Below, piece after piece: positions 40,401 through 52,747 of a stretch of 64,000 nt of DNA (positions are counted from its first letter, which is position 1; each line of letters begins with the position of its first letter). This DNA is from Antedon mediterranea. Taxonomy: Eukaryota > Animalia > Echinodermata. The DNA lies in contig NC_092677.1 of NCBI RefSeq assembly GCF_964355755.1, forward strand, positions 17,940,101 to 18,004,100. Direction: 5' to 3'. A program made the position numbers and the translations under genes. The notes under the pieces are model-generated. The model made no database searches. It was not told where the DNA came from and was given only the letters and a program-made list of their open reading frames with translations.

Positions 40401-42356
40401 ATAAACCACAATAACTTACCATAATATTTATTAGCTTGTTAAAGACTAATAATAAAAGCTTTTAACCGTTATATCATTAATGTACTACTGTAACTACGCC
40501 CGAGTTCACAAATCGAGGGACCTTGTTGAAGTTTCATCAGATAAAGCATCACTAATTTATTGAGGAAATAATTCAATTGTGTTTCTGCTATGATTAGTTG
40601 ACAGAATTGAAAATTGCGGTGATCTATGATGGAGATAATAATCAAGTGAGATGCTTACTACACTGCTGTCGACACTTAGGATAATAAGCAAACCCATCAA
40701 TCCTATCTTACTTCAATGTACTTAGGCAAATGGATAATGACTAAATTATTATTTCTATATTTAGATATAAAAACATTATTATGACATTTCAGAGAAATAT
40801 CAAATATTAGTAAATATCAAAATTTATTGGAAACAATTATGATAATTGACATCAAATATTGTTTGTTGTCACAAAGACAGTATTATATTCGAATTGTATA
40901 CTGTAGGCTTATACTTGTTAGTGCTTGCAGAGTCGGAAGACGTCCAATTGCTTTAGATAGATGGTAATTATGCTGTTGTGTTACAGAACGTCGAGAATGA
41001 GATGTATGCTGTGTGTGTTCTTGCCTGTGTTTATAAATTATTATATTTTTAAGATCTTAATGTTAGTTCAAAAAAGGTTTTCGTTAATTGCATAACCCAG
41101 CTAAGTGGTTCATAAAAAAACTTAAAACCACCTAAGTGAATCATTGCATCATTTGAGTAATATCGTATCACGTTTTTGTATTCTCCCATTTCAACGAGTG
41201 AAATTACTATTCCACGGTCAATGTTTTTGTAAAAAAATGTATGCAACGTCGTTCACCCGAAGATATTGCATGACCGGAAATAAACATGTTTATTATCTAA
41301 TTATTCTGCTCCGGCGGCCAAAATCCGCGAGCACCTGACTTATACATGGTCTAGTTTTCAACATTTGATCCAGGGGGATAACAATAATTTACTCTAAATC
41401 TGTAGGTTTATTATAAACTAATAATCAATGTGTTATATTCCTCGAATAGGTAAGACATCCATCAAATGTAAATTATGTAGACTAGTTATCTATACAAATA
41501 TTAATAGTCATTAACGAACTAAGATAAAAAATACATTACATACTGTAGTTCGTCCTAATTATGTGACCACAAGCCTACACATTCACATCAAGTCCCAGGG
41601 ACCTAATTAATGCTTTATCCACTTAGGCTAATCCTAATTTCTCTAAGGACAATATACAATCATTACAAGCATGAACGATCAGAACGTTGGGAGAAAAAAT
41701 AAAAAGTATCAGAAGATATTATATATGTATCGTAATTAGTCCTATAAAAAGAAAAGTATTAATTACAATACGTGTATGAATTATTTTGTGTGAGTTAGGT
41801 CTACATGTCAAATAAAGCTATGATCGCGTTCTATATTGAGAAAACTACAACTCAGTGATATACAGCAATCTAATAACACAATTCTTCTTCATAGAAAACA
41901 GGATAGGCAAAAAACACAATTAAAATTTGTAAATAAATTGCTATTAGCTATTTTACGCTGTAAATTGGAACTTGGTATTGTATCGTATTAATAAGATACA
42001 AAAATAAACTCTTTATACAAAATTGGATGACATGTCATGGAATTTTCTTGGGGAGATTTAGTGTTATGAGTGAGTACACGTAATTGAGTGATTCAAAATC
42101 GCAAAGGACGTCTATTCCATTGACATTGAGCTAGATAAAAACAACCCTTACCGTGTTCTCTTGAGAGTTCATCATTAGAGTCTGAGGAAGAGTCAAACGT
42201 TTCAATGAGTGCAGACTTTCCAACTCCAGAACATCCAAGCAATATTACACGTATGATGTGTGGCCTACCATCATGGTGATACTCCTCTAGATCAAGAACG
42301 TCAAAACTCAAAGATGGTGCACTTGCGCTACGCGCGCGTGGTCCCTTGATTGTCAT
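28127..42356 (-). CDS. RGK-family (Rad/Gem/Rem-like) small GTPase gene; exons 42152-42356, 34363-34451, 29559-29763, 28127-28434 (807 nt, 268 aa)
   Basis: G1 GCSGVGKS, degenerate G3 DTPPYGQE, GDAYLLVYSVTD, G4 NKTD, G5 ETSV, polybasic C-terminal helix and the RGK-diagnostic end SKSCHILEVL*. All junctions are GT-AG and phase-consistent (1, 0, 1). Confidence 0.93.
28976..29097. mobile_element. Palindromic MITE with TTAGGG-like loop
   Basis: Arms gcatcacatgtgtatcatatgt..gcct and aggc..acatgtgaaacacatgtgatgc flank aaggttagggtaagagttagg. Confidence 0.6.
29559..29763 (-). CDS. RGK exon 3
   Basis: gtgcag|GAA...GAAG|GTAAGC; ENFEENEDSYLTAGDAYLLVYSVTDKRSF...ILVANKTDLERSREIQYE. Confidence 0.95.
29925..30030 (+). 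mobile_element. Small decayed CR1/L2-type RT fragment
   Basis: Reads ...ILKEMDKSK...EFLKAFDTINHNII, resembling the RT motif D..KAFDT..H.IL. Confidence 0.5.
30944..31640 (-). mobile_element. L2-clade LINE 3' fragment
   Basis: HIT..L..LHWLPV / RIVFKIL..F...APEYI...RRNLRSS...GDRAFTVTAPRLWNALP...FKKLLKTHLF with a frameshift; 3' stem-loop GCGCCTTGAG...GCGCTATA and (ATT)n tail. Lies in RGK intron 2. Confidence 0.88.
32270..32580. repeat. Degenerate A-rich tandem repeat
   Basis: Recurring aaccgaa..gtgaaattaaaagaaaaa motifs. Confidence 0.55.
33817..34040 (+). mobile_element. tRNA-derived SINE
   Basis: A box TGGCCGAGAGG (33828-33838), B box GGTTCGAGG (33880-33888), then GCACTTTAAAGAACC, similar to the core of the 26.6-kb SINE. 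Confidence 0.6.
34363..34451 (-). CDS. RGK exon 2
   Basis: ttttag|AT...CAG|GTAAGC; DTNCEIYEKKILVDNEEVVIQLVDTPPYGQ (missed by the ORF track). Confidence 0.92.
38483..39840 (-). mobile_element. Rex1/Babar-clade LINE, 5'-truncated, frameshifted near 39220-39250
   Basis: DFRPIAITS, DFSSAFNTI, GAPQGCVISP, KYADDT, MIIDFRK, KYLGT, DPTHPLH; 3' AATAAA followed by a (CTTGAAT)n tail at 38483-38501. Lies in RGK intron 1. Confidence 0.9.
42152..42356 (-). CDS. RGK exon 1 (N-terminal extension and P-loop)
   Basis: MTIKGPRARSASAP...RVILLGCSGVGKSAL...; donor CACG|GTAAGG. Confidence 0.9.
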
Positions 42357-42794
42357 GATAACACTTCAAACGGCGTTGTTACACTACTTTTTAAAACATT
42401 ATCGTTCAACAAATAGTATAATAATGTCGATCGATTGAATCTGCTACTCTGAATGAACTTTTTGATACGTTAGTGACCCAAATGCCTGAAACACTCAGAT
42501 CAACAAGAAATAAGTTACAAGAGAACTTGTTTGCTCCCGCTGTCAGTTGTCTAAGATTGCGCCAAAACTGATCAATAAGCTGGCTTGAGTAATACCAGGC
42601 CGCAGTCGAGGCAACACAATTGTAAAACGCAATTAGGAAATCGATACAAACGTCGAGTTACTGACTCGCTGTGTTTCGACAGATATCAATATGACACTTG
42701 CCTTAAATATCTATCTACTCAGTTTGTTGTCTTCAATAATAACACAGCGCCTGTTCGAACATCAAGATACAGTACGATTGAAATTTACCGTCTG

Positions 42795-42855
42795 CTATTT
42801 ATGACAAACTACCAGTGACGTCAAGAGGTTTTACCCAATCAAAACGCATGACTCA
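42795..42855 (-). promoter_or_regulatory. Candidate RGK promoter: CATAAA TATA-like, CRE, CCAAT, AP-1
   Basis: CATAAATAG (42795-42803, minus strand), TGACGTCA (42816-42823), CCAAT (42835-42839) and TGACTCA (42849-42855) lie within 60 bp, 440-500 bp upstream of the ATG. Confidence 0.55.
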
Positions 42856-44163
42856 CAAGCGCTTTAATTTCTGTCTATTGTTATCAATTTTTTATGATGA
42901 TGCAGATAAAAAAAATATAAATCATAACGCATTTTCATTATGGTCTTGTTGATTAACAGTTGGGCGATGTATTAATAACACATGACGAATATGTACTCAA
43001 TTAGTAAGCACAATATAAAAGTCATCTGTTCATATTCTAGCATAAATATCATGCATTTACATTTAGGCCTAATGAATAAAACATCATTATTTTCATCGCA
43101 TCGTGCACTCGATTGTTTTCTAATATAGATTTTTAAAGTTGGCTTTTTTTGGTTGGGAGGGAGACATAAAATTATACATAGGCCTATACATGCAAAACGC
43201 TAGTGGCCTTAAAATAATCAATAGTAGCAACACGAGTTAGTTCCGTTCTATAAACAAACGATTCTCGTATATAATCATGATCGCTAGGCTAACATTATTA
43301 GATCATGGGTTACATGGCCCTAAATACAATACAATAAAGCGCCTCACGGTTAGCAAATAATATAGTCATTTTAACACATAACAACATAATTCAAATAAAA
43401 TATTAATCAAATAATCATAATAATAATCGCTTTCCTAGTTAAATTTGACTATTAGCTTTGTTAAAACAGCTATTATAAATCACAAATTCAGGAGTTTAAG
43501 TTATTTGGGTAAAATACAGCTTAGCTATTAGTAGCATCTGTTAAGCTATCCTATGCAGCAACAAGCAAGCTTGGCTTTTAACATTCACATTGCAGGTGCT
43601 CGAAATGTACTTTCACCGCAGTAGCAAGACAGTAAGTGAATTAAATGAATATAGGGCTGCCTGTCCTATATGCAACATGAGAAATGGAAAAACCCGATTA
43701 TTAGATGTGCTTCACATATCCAAAATGAGAAGAAATTCGCAAATTATAATAATGCCAACATATCAAACTTTACTGACAGATATGTGAAAAATAATAATAT
43801 AACATGTTACGGTATTGTTTGTTTTAACAATATTTTTTTTTTATCGGTAGGCCTATTTTATTTATTCGTATAGCCTGAGTTTTCTGTGCTATAATTCAAA
43901 TGTGGTGATGTAAATTTTAATCATATATTCACAAATTACATTTATATTTGATTAGTGGCACCAGAAGAAAGGTTAATGTCCTTTAGTCTATGGAAATCCA
44001 GACAAGACGTGCTCAACTGGAGTTTTATTCATTGCAATAACAACTCTTACAACGTATGCGCATATTATTATCAAAATAACACCGGTGTTACAAAATTTGT
44101 TAAAATTCAGTATCAGCAATACAAATGTGCATTGAACCCAAGTGAAACGCTGTAAGTGCTAAT

Positions 44164-44455
44164 TCTTGGTTACCCAACGCAATAACGTAGGCGCAACGTA
44201 AGTGATTGGACCAATGGTCAACTGTCTCTTGCGCTGCGTTAAGTCCTTGCGTTGCTTCTGATTCGACTAATCACAAGCGATGGATTATTCGTCTTTGCGT
44301 TACGTCTCTAGTAAGAACCAAGAGTTTTGGGAACCCAACTTTAAGATTGTATCCCAATAGGAACAGGGATGTAAGCCAAGTAAGCTAAGTGATTTGTCGC
44401 TTGTGATTGATAAACTCGCCTGCCTTGCATATCCGTCCTTGCGTTGCGTCTCCCC
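44164..44455. mobile_element. MITE-like cluster
   Basis: TCTTGGTT...AACCAAGA ends (44164, 44323), internal AACGCAA/TTGCGTT inverted motifs and a related adjacent partial copy. Confidence 0.45.
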
Positions 44456-47400
44456 AATCTTAATCCAACAAACGTGGCATAAATATCTATATCATAATAA
44501 TTCTGACGTAGACCAATCCGTACATTAAGACACCGCGTGTTATTACTAAGTAGGCTACCTCAAATTAGATAAGTATACAATATATTTTGTTCAGCATCTG
44601 TTATAGTACGCTAGAGTCACATTGTCTTACCGCGTTATTTTTAACAGCAAAATACTCTATTAATTACAATTTTAATTTTTTACTGTTACATTTTCAAAGG
44701 TTAAACAGGATATAAAAATTATGCCTCGTATACGTATAATTCAGATATAGGTCTATTAATATCTCGATTACAAATAAACTCTATTGTTATGTAATAATAT
44801 TACAATCACAATGACGTTATAGAAGTTATTATTTACTCCATGCGTTTACGTATCAATATTTAATGTTATTGTCTATATATAATCTAAATCTAATAGTATT
44901 ATTTATACACTTCTTGCGTCACGAGCCAAAATATAATGATATAATTTCACAATGACTCAAAATAAATAGTCAACAAATAATATTTGAACATTAGTTCAAA
45001 GAAGAAATAGGAAGTGACATTTCAGTAAAACCATATCGACGACTACTACTAAACTGTGAGGAGCAGGTTGTTTTGGACAACTGAAAAATGGGATAAGGAA
45101 AAGTAATTTCCCCATAAGAGAGGGTAACTCATAAATATTATATAAGTATATTTAAATCGAATTGATCAATTGATTACATGAATGTGAATACACAAGCAAG
45201 CCAAACAATCCTATGTTTATCATTTTGAAAAATGGAACAAAACCTTCTCCTCGCCCTCCTTACATTCTACTACTGTAAAAGATAATTATTAATGGTAGGG
45301 TACACATTATTAAAATTATCCAATGTTAATAAAGATCAATTATTTTTCATTGATATTCTTAATAAATTCTGGTTGTCCATAAAGCGTGTGTTATTAAGAT
45401 ACAGGCAAAACATTTGATGTTCAATATATAATTATTGCTGAGATTGAAATTGCTATTATATATTATGAACAAGGACATTTGTCTTTTACGCGTTTTCTTT
45501 ACAACCAGAATATGCAGTTTTACACGAGGAAGGACAATATCAGAGGCTGTGTCGAGATACTAATAATTATGTGAAGGGCTTACATCCATAATGTTACAGC
45601 CAGTGTAGATTAAGATAAGATATTGGAGGAAGATTAGTTGGAATGTTAAACGTTCTGACACTAGTTAATGTGTTTAATGTTGTAAAAATCTAGTTAGGTC
45701 AAAGAGTTACACAAAATAATTATTTTAACAATATAATTTATGTGCTTGTACTTTTCCTCATGACAGAAAAAACTGAATTGCTTGTATATTATGTACAATA
45801 AATACATTGAAGTAGGAATTGTTGATTTTACTTCAAACAATTCATTGACCACACTAAATGCTACAAGCAAGACAAGAACCAGATGTATATCAACTCATCT
45901 TCATATTGTACGGTTTATTGATGACTGGACGATAATTATATAATAGATCAATCGACCATGACTGTTGCTAAGGGTGTTGATTGATTAACAATTCCCATTA
46001 TTCTTCATAGAATTCCACGTGATCACTTTGGTATGGTGACGTACAATTAATCATCATTCTCGTCTAAAAGTACATATAATAGCAAAGGTAAAACAAGAAA
46101 TATTTCGTACAAAAAAACGCTGCTCGCTTATTGAAAAATATTTTTTATTTCAAATGTTTTTGAATGTGTCATTTTATTGTCACATAATAGTTATTTTACC
46201 TGAAAAAAATGTAATTTAAAGCAACAAATACTTAAATTGTCTGTCATACAATGGTTTTTGGGTTTCTTTTCTCTTTTTATATGTGAATAAATATTATTTT
46301 TTTGTTACAGAAGAGAATACTCAATTTCTTCCACTTTAGTTAATTGTATTGCTAAGGTCAAGCCTGGGGGTCACTTCATCACCCTAGATATTTCAAGTGT
46401 GAAGTATCCTATTACAAACACAAACTTTAATGGACTGTTTCGATAATAATTCAATGAATATCTGACAGTGAATTACAGTCAAAAGTCATAAATACCAGAA
46501 ATGCTTTGGGATTTGTAATTTTAGCATAAAAGTCCTAATAGACTCTTTCCCAGACGTTTTTTGGGTCTACAGTAGCAGCTGGAAATATAAATTATAGTGG
46601 AGTTTCCATTTTCGCAAAACTGTCGTCCTTAGAACTATAACTGCTGCTTGCTTTAGCTTCTGATTGAGTAGTCCTAATGGGACGTAGCGGGCTAGAGCAG
46701 CAGCGTGATAAATGGTACTTTACTAGCTGTAATTGGATTTGAAATGTTATTCTGTGCCGGTGGTGTTTATATATGTATTTGTTTAAAAAACATAATGAGT
46801 GAAAATCAGTATTCGGATGTTTTGTTTTTTTCGCATCCAGATCAATTATTAAATAAAAACACAGTAAAACAAGTTTTAATAGAACATTCCAAAACTCAAC
46901 TAGATAGACTTTTAATAATCTAGCTGAAAATACTTTTCTGTCAGATAAAATCTGAAGAATTTGGTATTTTTCTTGTTGTTTTTTAAACCAACCGAATACA
47001 TTTATCAAGGTGTGGATTAGTTTTACTGTATGAATGTCTCAAAGATAATATACACGAGTTTGGCTACTAAAATAGAACAATCAAAGTATGGTTTCTCATA
47101 CAGCTGCAAATTAACAATAGAGTATGGTGGAGTTTATTGAAGAACAGTTAATTAGAGGAAATATCGACTTGTGTTTATTCATACGTATATAGCTGTGCTT
47201 TTCTTAAAGTGTTACTGTTCTGATATTAACTCGAGCAAGTGACACCTCTATGCAAAGTTTCACACCTTTCTGCGACAAGGTTTCACCAAACTAAATTTGC
47301 AAAAGGCACAGGCAAGACAACGATTGAATGTTTTTATCAAATATCACTCAAAAGTGTAAAATAGCACACGTCGTAAAGCTCTTGGTATATGAATCGATTG

Positions 47401-48739
47401 AAAGGAAAAACAAAAATGGAAACCCAGAGCCGTTCATATTTTGTAAAAACGTTAGCTGATACCATCATTGTTGATGTGACATTTCATAGATCATCATTAT
47501 TCTTTATTAGAAATCTAGTAATTTAGTTTTGAAGGAAGTTCACGGTGTCACATGTATACAAGAATTGATTCATGTTTCTGTAATATTGTTGTATCATATA
47601 CATATGACCACGTTGTTATTTTCTTCAAAAATTTTGTGTACAAAAAATGTCCTTTTTAATTCATTATTATTGATTGTTATTTATCAATATTAATTCAATT
47701 CAATTTATTGAAAGTAAATAAATTAAACAAAATGTCGATACATAATATAATATAGAGTGATGTTCACAAAATTGATATATGTGTTTGCTCCAAATTGTAA
47801 AATTTAAATATGCGTGCACCGCCGTGAACCTTCCTTGCGCTTTTTGTCAACTTTTAGTATCATTGACCGTATTGATCCTGTATACACATTATCATCATTT
47901 CAATTAATCACATTTAATATTTCCGAAACAATTCGGTGAAAAGGTTACAGAATAAAATGATAACAGAAGATAGATAGAAAAGAATTTTGAATTAAAACTC
48001 CAAACTACATAAACTCATAACATTTTTGTAGTGTCATTACTATCAAAGCGCTTTACGTGGACCGATTAGTTTGTGATTTTTTTTCTTATATTAATTCAAT
48101 ATATACATTCACAATACATGAAATTAAAAAATAAATATATATAATAATATATATATATACTAACATTAGGCATAGAACATTAATTCTAAACCGCCCGGTA
48201 ATATACTGAAATTTAATTAATTAATTTGAAACGATAAGATGAGGAAATCTGTGAGAATGAGAAAAAGTCGCCCCAACCGAGAGATCATCGGTGTTTTCAC
48301 GACAAAACAATGAAGTATGGTAACCATTTCCTTTTACTTGTAGCCTACTTAATGACTATTTATTCATCACTATGGCGAATCATAGTTTGTTAACATTCCC
48401 ACGTGTTTTTAATAATTTGATTTACAGTATACAGGTTTTAATGAACAGATGTTCAAGAAAATGTATTCCTAAAAAAAAAAAAAAACAGTTAACTAATTAA
48501 ACAAAAATAGTTAAGGTAATTTATTAGGATGCTGTTTGACATTCTTTTTACAATCCACATTACAACAGACTAGAGAGATATTCTAAAGCTTTATTATTAT
48601 TTTTGATTTATTTTTTTTGGGACCATATTTAATGAGGGTGATCCATCCAGCAATTGCTGATCATTAGGTCACAAGACAAACATATTATACACAAGATACT
48701 CTAAATAAACAAAGTCTTAGTACAAGACTTTGGAAGCGG

Positions 48740-48840
48740 AGTTGAAATGTTGTCCTTAGAAAAAATCCTGACATGTGACGGGGCTTGAACCCAGAACCAT
48801 TGGAGTGGTAGCCGAGCATCATAGCCACCAAGCCACAACT
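48740..48840 (-). mobile_element. tRNA-derived SINE head
   Basis: Minus-strand A box TGGCTTGGTGG and B box GGTTCAAGCC at tRNA spacing; no proper acceptor stem. Confidence 0.55.
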
Positions 48841-49693
48841 CTATTCCATTATACGTGTAGTTAAAACTATTCTGTCGTCACCAGGACCTATATAAACTAT
48901 TATCTATCATCATCATCATCATCATTTAACAAATCGATCTACACGTGCGCAAGCATTACGAACAACTTTTGTTACGTGCGTCGAGTACCTTATTTAAAAA
49001 AAATAGCGTAACATTGTTAATCATGCAACATGTATACTAAACATAACTAGACCTAGTCTCCAGACCCAAAATATTCCATAAATTGTTTTAATATATGCAG
49101 CATGTTGCGTGCGTGACACATACGTTGAAGCGGTATATGTTACGTGCGCGACACATATGTTGCGTCCTGTCGCAGCGCGAAATTAAAAACAAGTACGTTA
49201 TCGCCAACTGTTCGCTGAACTACGCTAATATGCAAATCAGCAGAATATTTACGTCATCCGTTAAAGTTCATTAGGTTATTCTATACCTTGCAATTCAATA
49301 TTGTCATTGTCGTTTGCATCCGAACGTGGGACAACTACTTGAACTGATAGGGTTTCAGTTGGAGTTAAGTTAAGTCTTATTTGCGGACGGCGCTTGACAT
49401 TCTAGTACAGTTCATTTTGAGTTGATGCCGCATTTGTCGTTGTCCTAACTCACACTGTTTTCAATTGAAGGAGGTGAGGTTTAAAGAGCAGAAAGGAAAA
49501 TTCAAATACTTTGGATTAACAGCGCAAAGTTTTCTAAAGCAACAAGATAAAATAATAATACTGTCAAATTTCTTGAAAGAAACTACTTAAAAACCCCTTC
49601 TCTATAAACTTAACTTATGAATTTATTACACGGAACGGCATCACATGACGCAGTGGATAACGGATAAACTGCTTACTAAGACACAAAATTGTT

Positions 49694-52600
49694 TTTTTTT
49701 TTTTTTTTTCTCTTTTGTGGCGCAAACACCACTTTTATTCACATTCATATTATTTCATATTACATAAGATCGTATTATTTAACTTGTAAATGTCGTTACA
49801 GTTCATAAGTAACATTTTTACATATATGAATTCTGTATTACTCCTTTTTTCATTAATTTTCTTATATTTTGTTATACACTTGACAGGATCATCATTATCA
49901 TCTATTCGTTTTAAAATAGTTCACACATTTTCATTTGTTTGTTTTCATTTTACAACCCGGATTATACAATATATTTATATACATGATAAAAAAAAAAACA
50001 ATAATAGCTCAGTACCACCAGTAACCCGTATCACTGTAATTCCTTTTCGGTTAATCGTATCAAATTAGAATTTATATTATCATAATCTTATTTCTTAAAG
50101 CTACCCATTTTTCTATACTTGTTTCTTTATTGTTATATGTTTCACATTCAATGTTATATAACATATTGCTTTTAAATGAATTCCATAAAGATTTACCCAC
50201 TGGCTTATTCAGTGCAGATAACATTTTTATTCTATAAATAGTAAATGCTGCAAAAGTGTAAATATAATCTATTAGCTTATCTCCCGTTCCTAGTATTAAT
50301 TGTTTAAATGATATATTATTGTGATTTAAACTTACAAAGATACTAAGCATTTTCCTCCAATATTTCTGAATAAATCTACAACTAAAAAACAAATGATTTT
50401 CATTTTCAATTTCTCCACATTTGTCACACGTTTGTGTTTCCTTAACTTTCCACTGATACAGCCGTTTGTTGGTAGGCAGTATTCTATGTAACATCTTATA
50501 ATTGAATTGTGCTAGTTTCTTATCTTTCATTTTACATACTTTCCGTAACCAAGAAGTTTTCCAATCAATGTTGTTATCATTGAAGTACTCTTCCCATTTT
50601 AGTTGTGACATTGGAATAATGAAATATTCTTTCACAAACCATGAGTATATTAGTTTGGTAGTATTAATCTCATACTTAGTCCCAACTACTTCATCATTAT
50701 CATCACAATTGAAAATATCTACCTCCTTAATAATACGTTTCCATTGAATTGGTATTGCCTTAATAATGCACAAATACTCATTTAACCAGTTTGTTTTACA
50801 TTGTAGTTTCACCAGTATTTCGTTCGATGTTAAAAAAGTGTTCTTATTAACAATGTCTTTAATACTGATAATGCCACTGTCAATCCAATGCTTGTAGAAA
50901 AGCGTTTTTTTTTTTAGTTTAACGTAGTGGTTTCCCCACAGTTGCTCATTCATTATATCGTTATAAGTTTCAGGGTTTTTTTTTGAGATTCTGTTATAAT
51001 TTATGTAGGCTTTTATCATATTTTTGTAAAACAGTGGAATTTTATCAGAATTAACATCAATAATGTTATAACATGACATATTAAGTAAACCATTAACATC
51101 ACATATTTTTTTAATATAATACATTGGAATATTTTTCCATTTAGCACCATCATCATTCATAATTCTTTTTAACCAGCCACACATGAGTGCGTTAACATGA
51201 AGAGTAAAATCAGGCATTTTAATGCCTCCCATCTCAACATCACCAATTAGAGTTTTTCTTTTTATCTTTTCCCTTTTATTGTTCCAAATAAAATTATATA
51301 TTAGATTTGTAACTTGTGTATATACATATTTTGGAACATCAGTGATATTTGCAGCATATGTTAATTTAGATAGTGCAAGACTTTTCAGGATTATTATTCT
51401 ACCAAAAATTGAGAGATTTCTAGCATTCCATTGTTTTAAAGTCTTTTCTAGCTCTATTAATTTAACATCCCAGTTTTTTCTGGTACATTCTTCTGTATTA
51501 TACCCTACATATATGCCTAAAATTTTGATCGGGTGTTTTACCCAATTTAATTCTAAAGGTCTATCTATTCTGTTCTTCCATTTACCAATCCAAAAAGCAT
51601 TGGTTTTTTTTTTATTTAGTGTCATTCCAGATACTTCACAAAAACGTTCAATTACACTGACTGCTGACTTAATACTTTTGTCATTACCAACATACAAAAC
51701 AGTATCATCGGCTAATTGGCTTATTCTAGCTTCTATGTTATTTTCATTATTTGGAAGTTTAATACCCTTATAGTCATCTTTGTTTCTTATTCTAGATGCC
51801 ATTACTTCAACCACTAAAATGAATAACAGAGCAGATAGAGGACAACCTTGTCTAATACCTCTTTCCATTTTAAAATTGTTTGAAACCCAACCATTGTTAA
51901 CTGTGACACATTCAACGTTATTGTATAATACTTTTACCCAGTTACAAAAGAACATTCCAAAGTTAAACTTTTCTAGAACATTGAACATAAAATCTCTACT
52001 AATAGAGTCAAAAGCCTTCTTAAAATCTACGGTAATTATTGCCCCTTCGATATCATTACACTCTGTATAATAAAGCAGGTCTTCTATTAACCGAATGTTT
52101 TCACCAGCGAAACGGCCTTTTATATAACCTTTTTGGTCTGAACTTACTATTGATTTAATAACCATTTTAAGTCTGTTACTTAATACATGTGCAAGAATTT
52201 TGTAATCGGTGTTTAAGAGGGTAATGGGACGCCAATTATTCAAATTTTCTCTTTCTCCATCCTTGAACAAAAGGGTGATTACACCTCGTTTTTGCGAAAA
52301 GGATAATTCTTGAGAATTATAACTTTCATTTAACGCATCGCAAATTAAATGTTTAATATTATTCCAAAAGAACACATAAAATTCAACACTTAGACCATCC
52401 GATCCAGGTGTTTTATTTTTTTCCATCATTGAAATGGCCTTTTTACATTCATCAATAGTGACGTAACCTTCACAATTTTCTTTTTCTATTTCTGAAAGCT
52501 TGTTTATAATAGAATTACAAAGGTATTTATTAATTTTTCCAGGGTTTATAACATTTTTTGCGTATAAACCTTCGAAATGTTGTATTTGTTCCTTTAAAAT

Positions 52601-52747
52601 ATCAATTGGGCTCGTTGCTAAGCTCCCATCTTTAGTAATTAAACTTTTTATGTGTTTCTTTTTACTTTTGGATCTTTCTAACCCAAGAAAGTATTTTGTA
52701 TTCCGCTCGCCTTCCTCTATCCATTTTACTCTGGACCTAATTTGCGC
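49694..52747 (-). mobile_element. 5'-truncated L1/Tx1-clade non-LTR retrotransposon, recent insertion
   Basis: Uninterrupted ORF2 frame from about 52747 to 50072; 3' UTR with AATAAA (49734-49739) and poly(A) (T run 49692-49709); direct repeat GACACAAAATTGTT at 49680-49693 and 52748-52761 is the TSD. Confidence 0.95.
50072..52747 (-). CDS. L1/Tx1 ORF2 (reverse transcriptase plus C-terminal zinc knuckle; endonuclease lost by 5' truncation)
   Basis: RSRVKWIEEGERNTKYF, KTPGSDG, NWRPITLLNTDYKILA, DFKKAFDS, RQGCPLS, QLADDT, CDKC...HLFFSC. The frame stays open about 106 codons upstream of the Met listed at 52429. Confidence 0.93.
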   Translation of the reverse strand, partial: AQIRSRVKWIEEGERNTKYFLGLERSKSKKKHIKSLITKDGSLATSPIDILKEQIQHFEGLYAKNVINPGKINKYLCNSIINKLSEIEKENCEGYVTIDECKKAISMMEKNKTPGSDGLSVEFYVFFWNNIKHLICDALNESYNSQELSFSQKRGVITLLFKDGERENLNNWRPITLLNTDYKILAHVLSNRLKMVIKSIVSSDQKGYIKGRFAGENIRLIEDLLYYTECNDIEGAIITVDFKKAFDSISRDFMFNVLEKFNFGMFFCNWVKVLYNNVECVTVNNGWVSNNFKMERGIRQGCPLSALLFILVVEVMASRIRNKDDYKGIKLPNNENNIEARISQLADDTVLYVGNDKSIKSAVSVIERFCEVSGMTLNKKKTNAFWIGKWKNRIDRPLELNWVKHPIKILGIYVGYNTEECTRKNWDVKLIELEKTLKQWNARNLSIFGRIIILKSLALSKLTYAANITDVPKYVYTQVTNLIYNFIWNNKREKIKRKTLIGDVEMGGIKMPDFTLHVNALMCGWLKRIMNDDGAKWKNIPMYYIKKICDVNGLLNMSCYNIIDVNSDKIPLFYKNMIKAYINYNRISKKNPETYNDIMNEQLWGNHYVKLKKKTLFYKHWIDSGIISIKDIVNKNTFLTSNEILVKLQCKTNWLNEYLCIIKAIPIQWKRIIKEVDIFNCDDNDEVVGTKYEINTTKLIYSWFVKEYFIIPMSQLKWEEYFNDNNIDWKTSWLRKVCKMKDKKLAQFNYKMLHRILPTNKRLYQWKVKETQTCDKCGEIENENHLFFSCRFIQKYWRKMLSIFVSLNHNNISFKQLILGTGDKLIDYIYTFAAFTIYRIKMLSALNKPVGKSLWNSFKSNMLYNIECETYNNKETSIEKWVALRNKIMII

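Noticed and set aside
48770-48840. Functional tRNA gene (also considered at 26600 and 33820)
   Set aside because: A and B boxes are present but no complete cloverleaf or acceptor stem; better explained as SINE heads.
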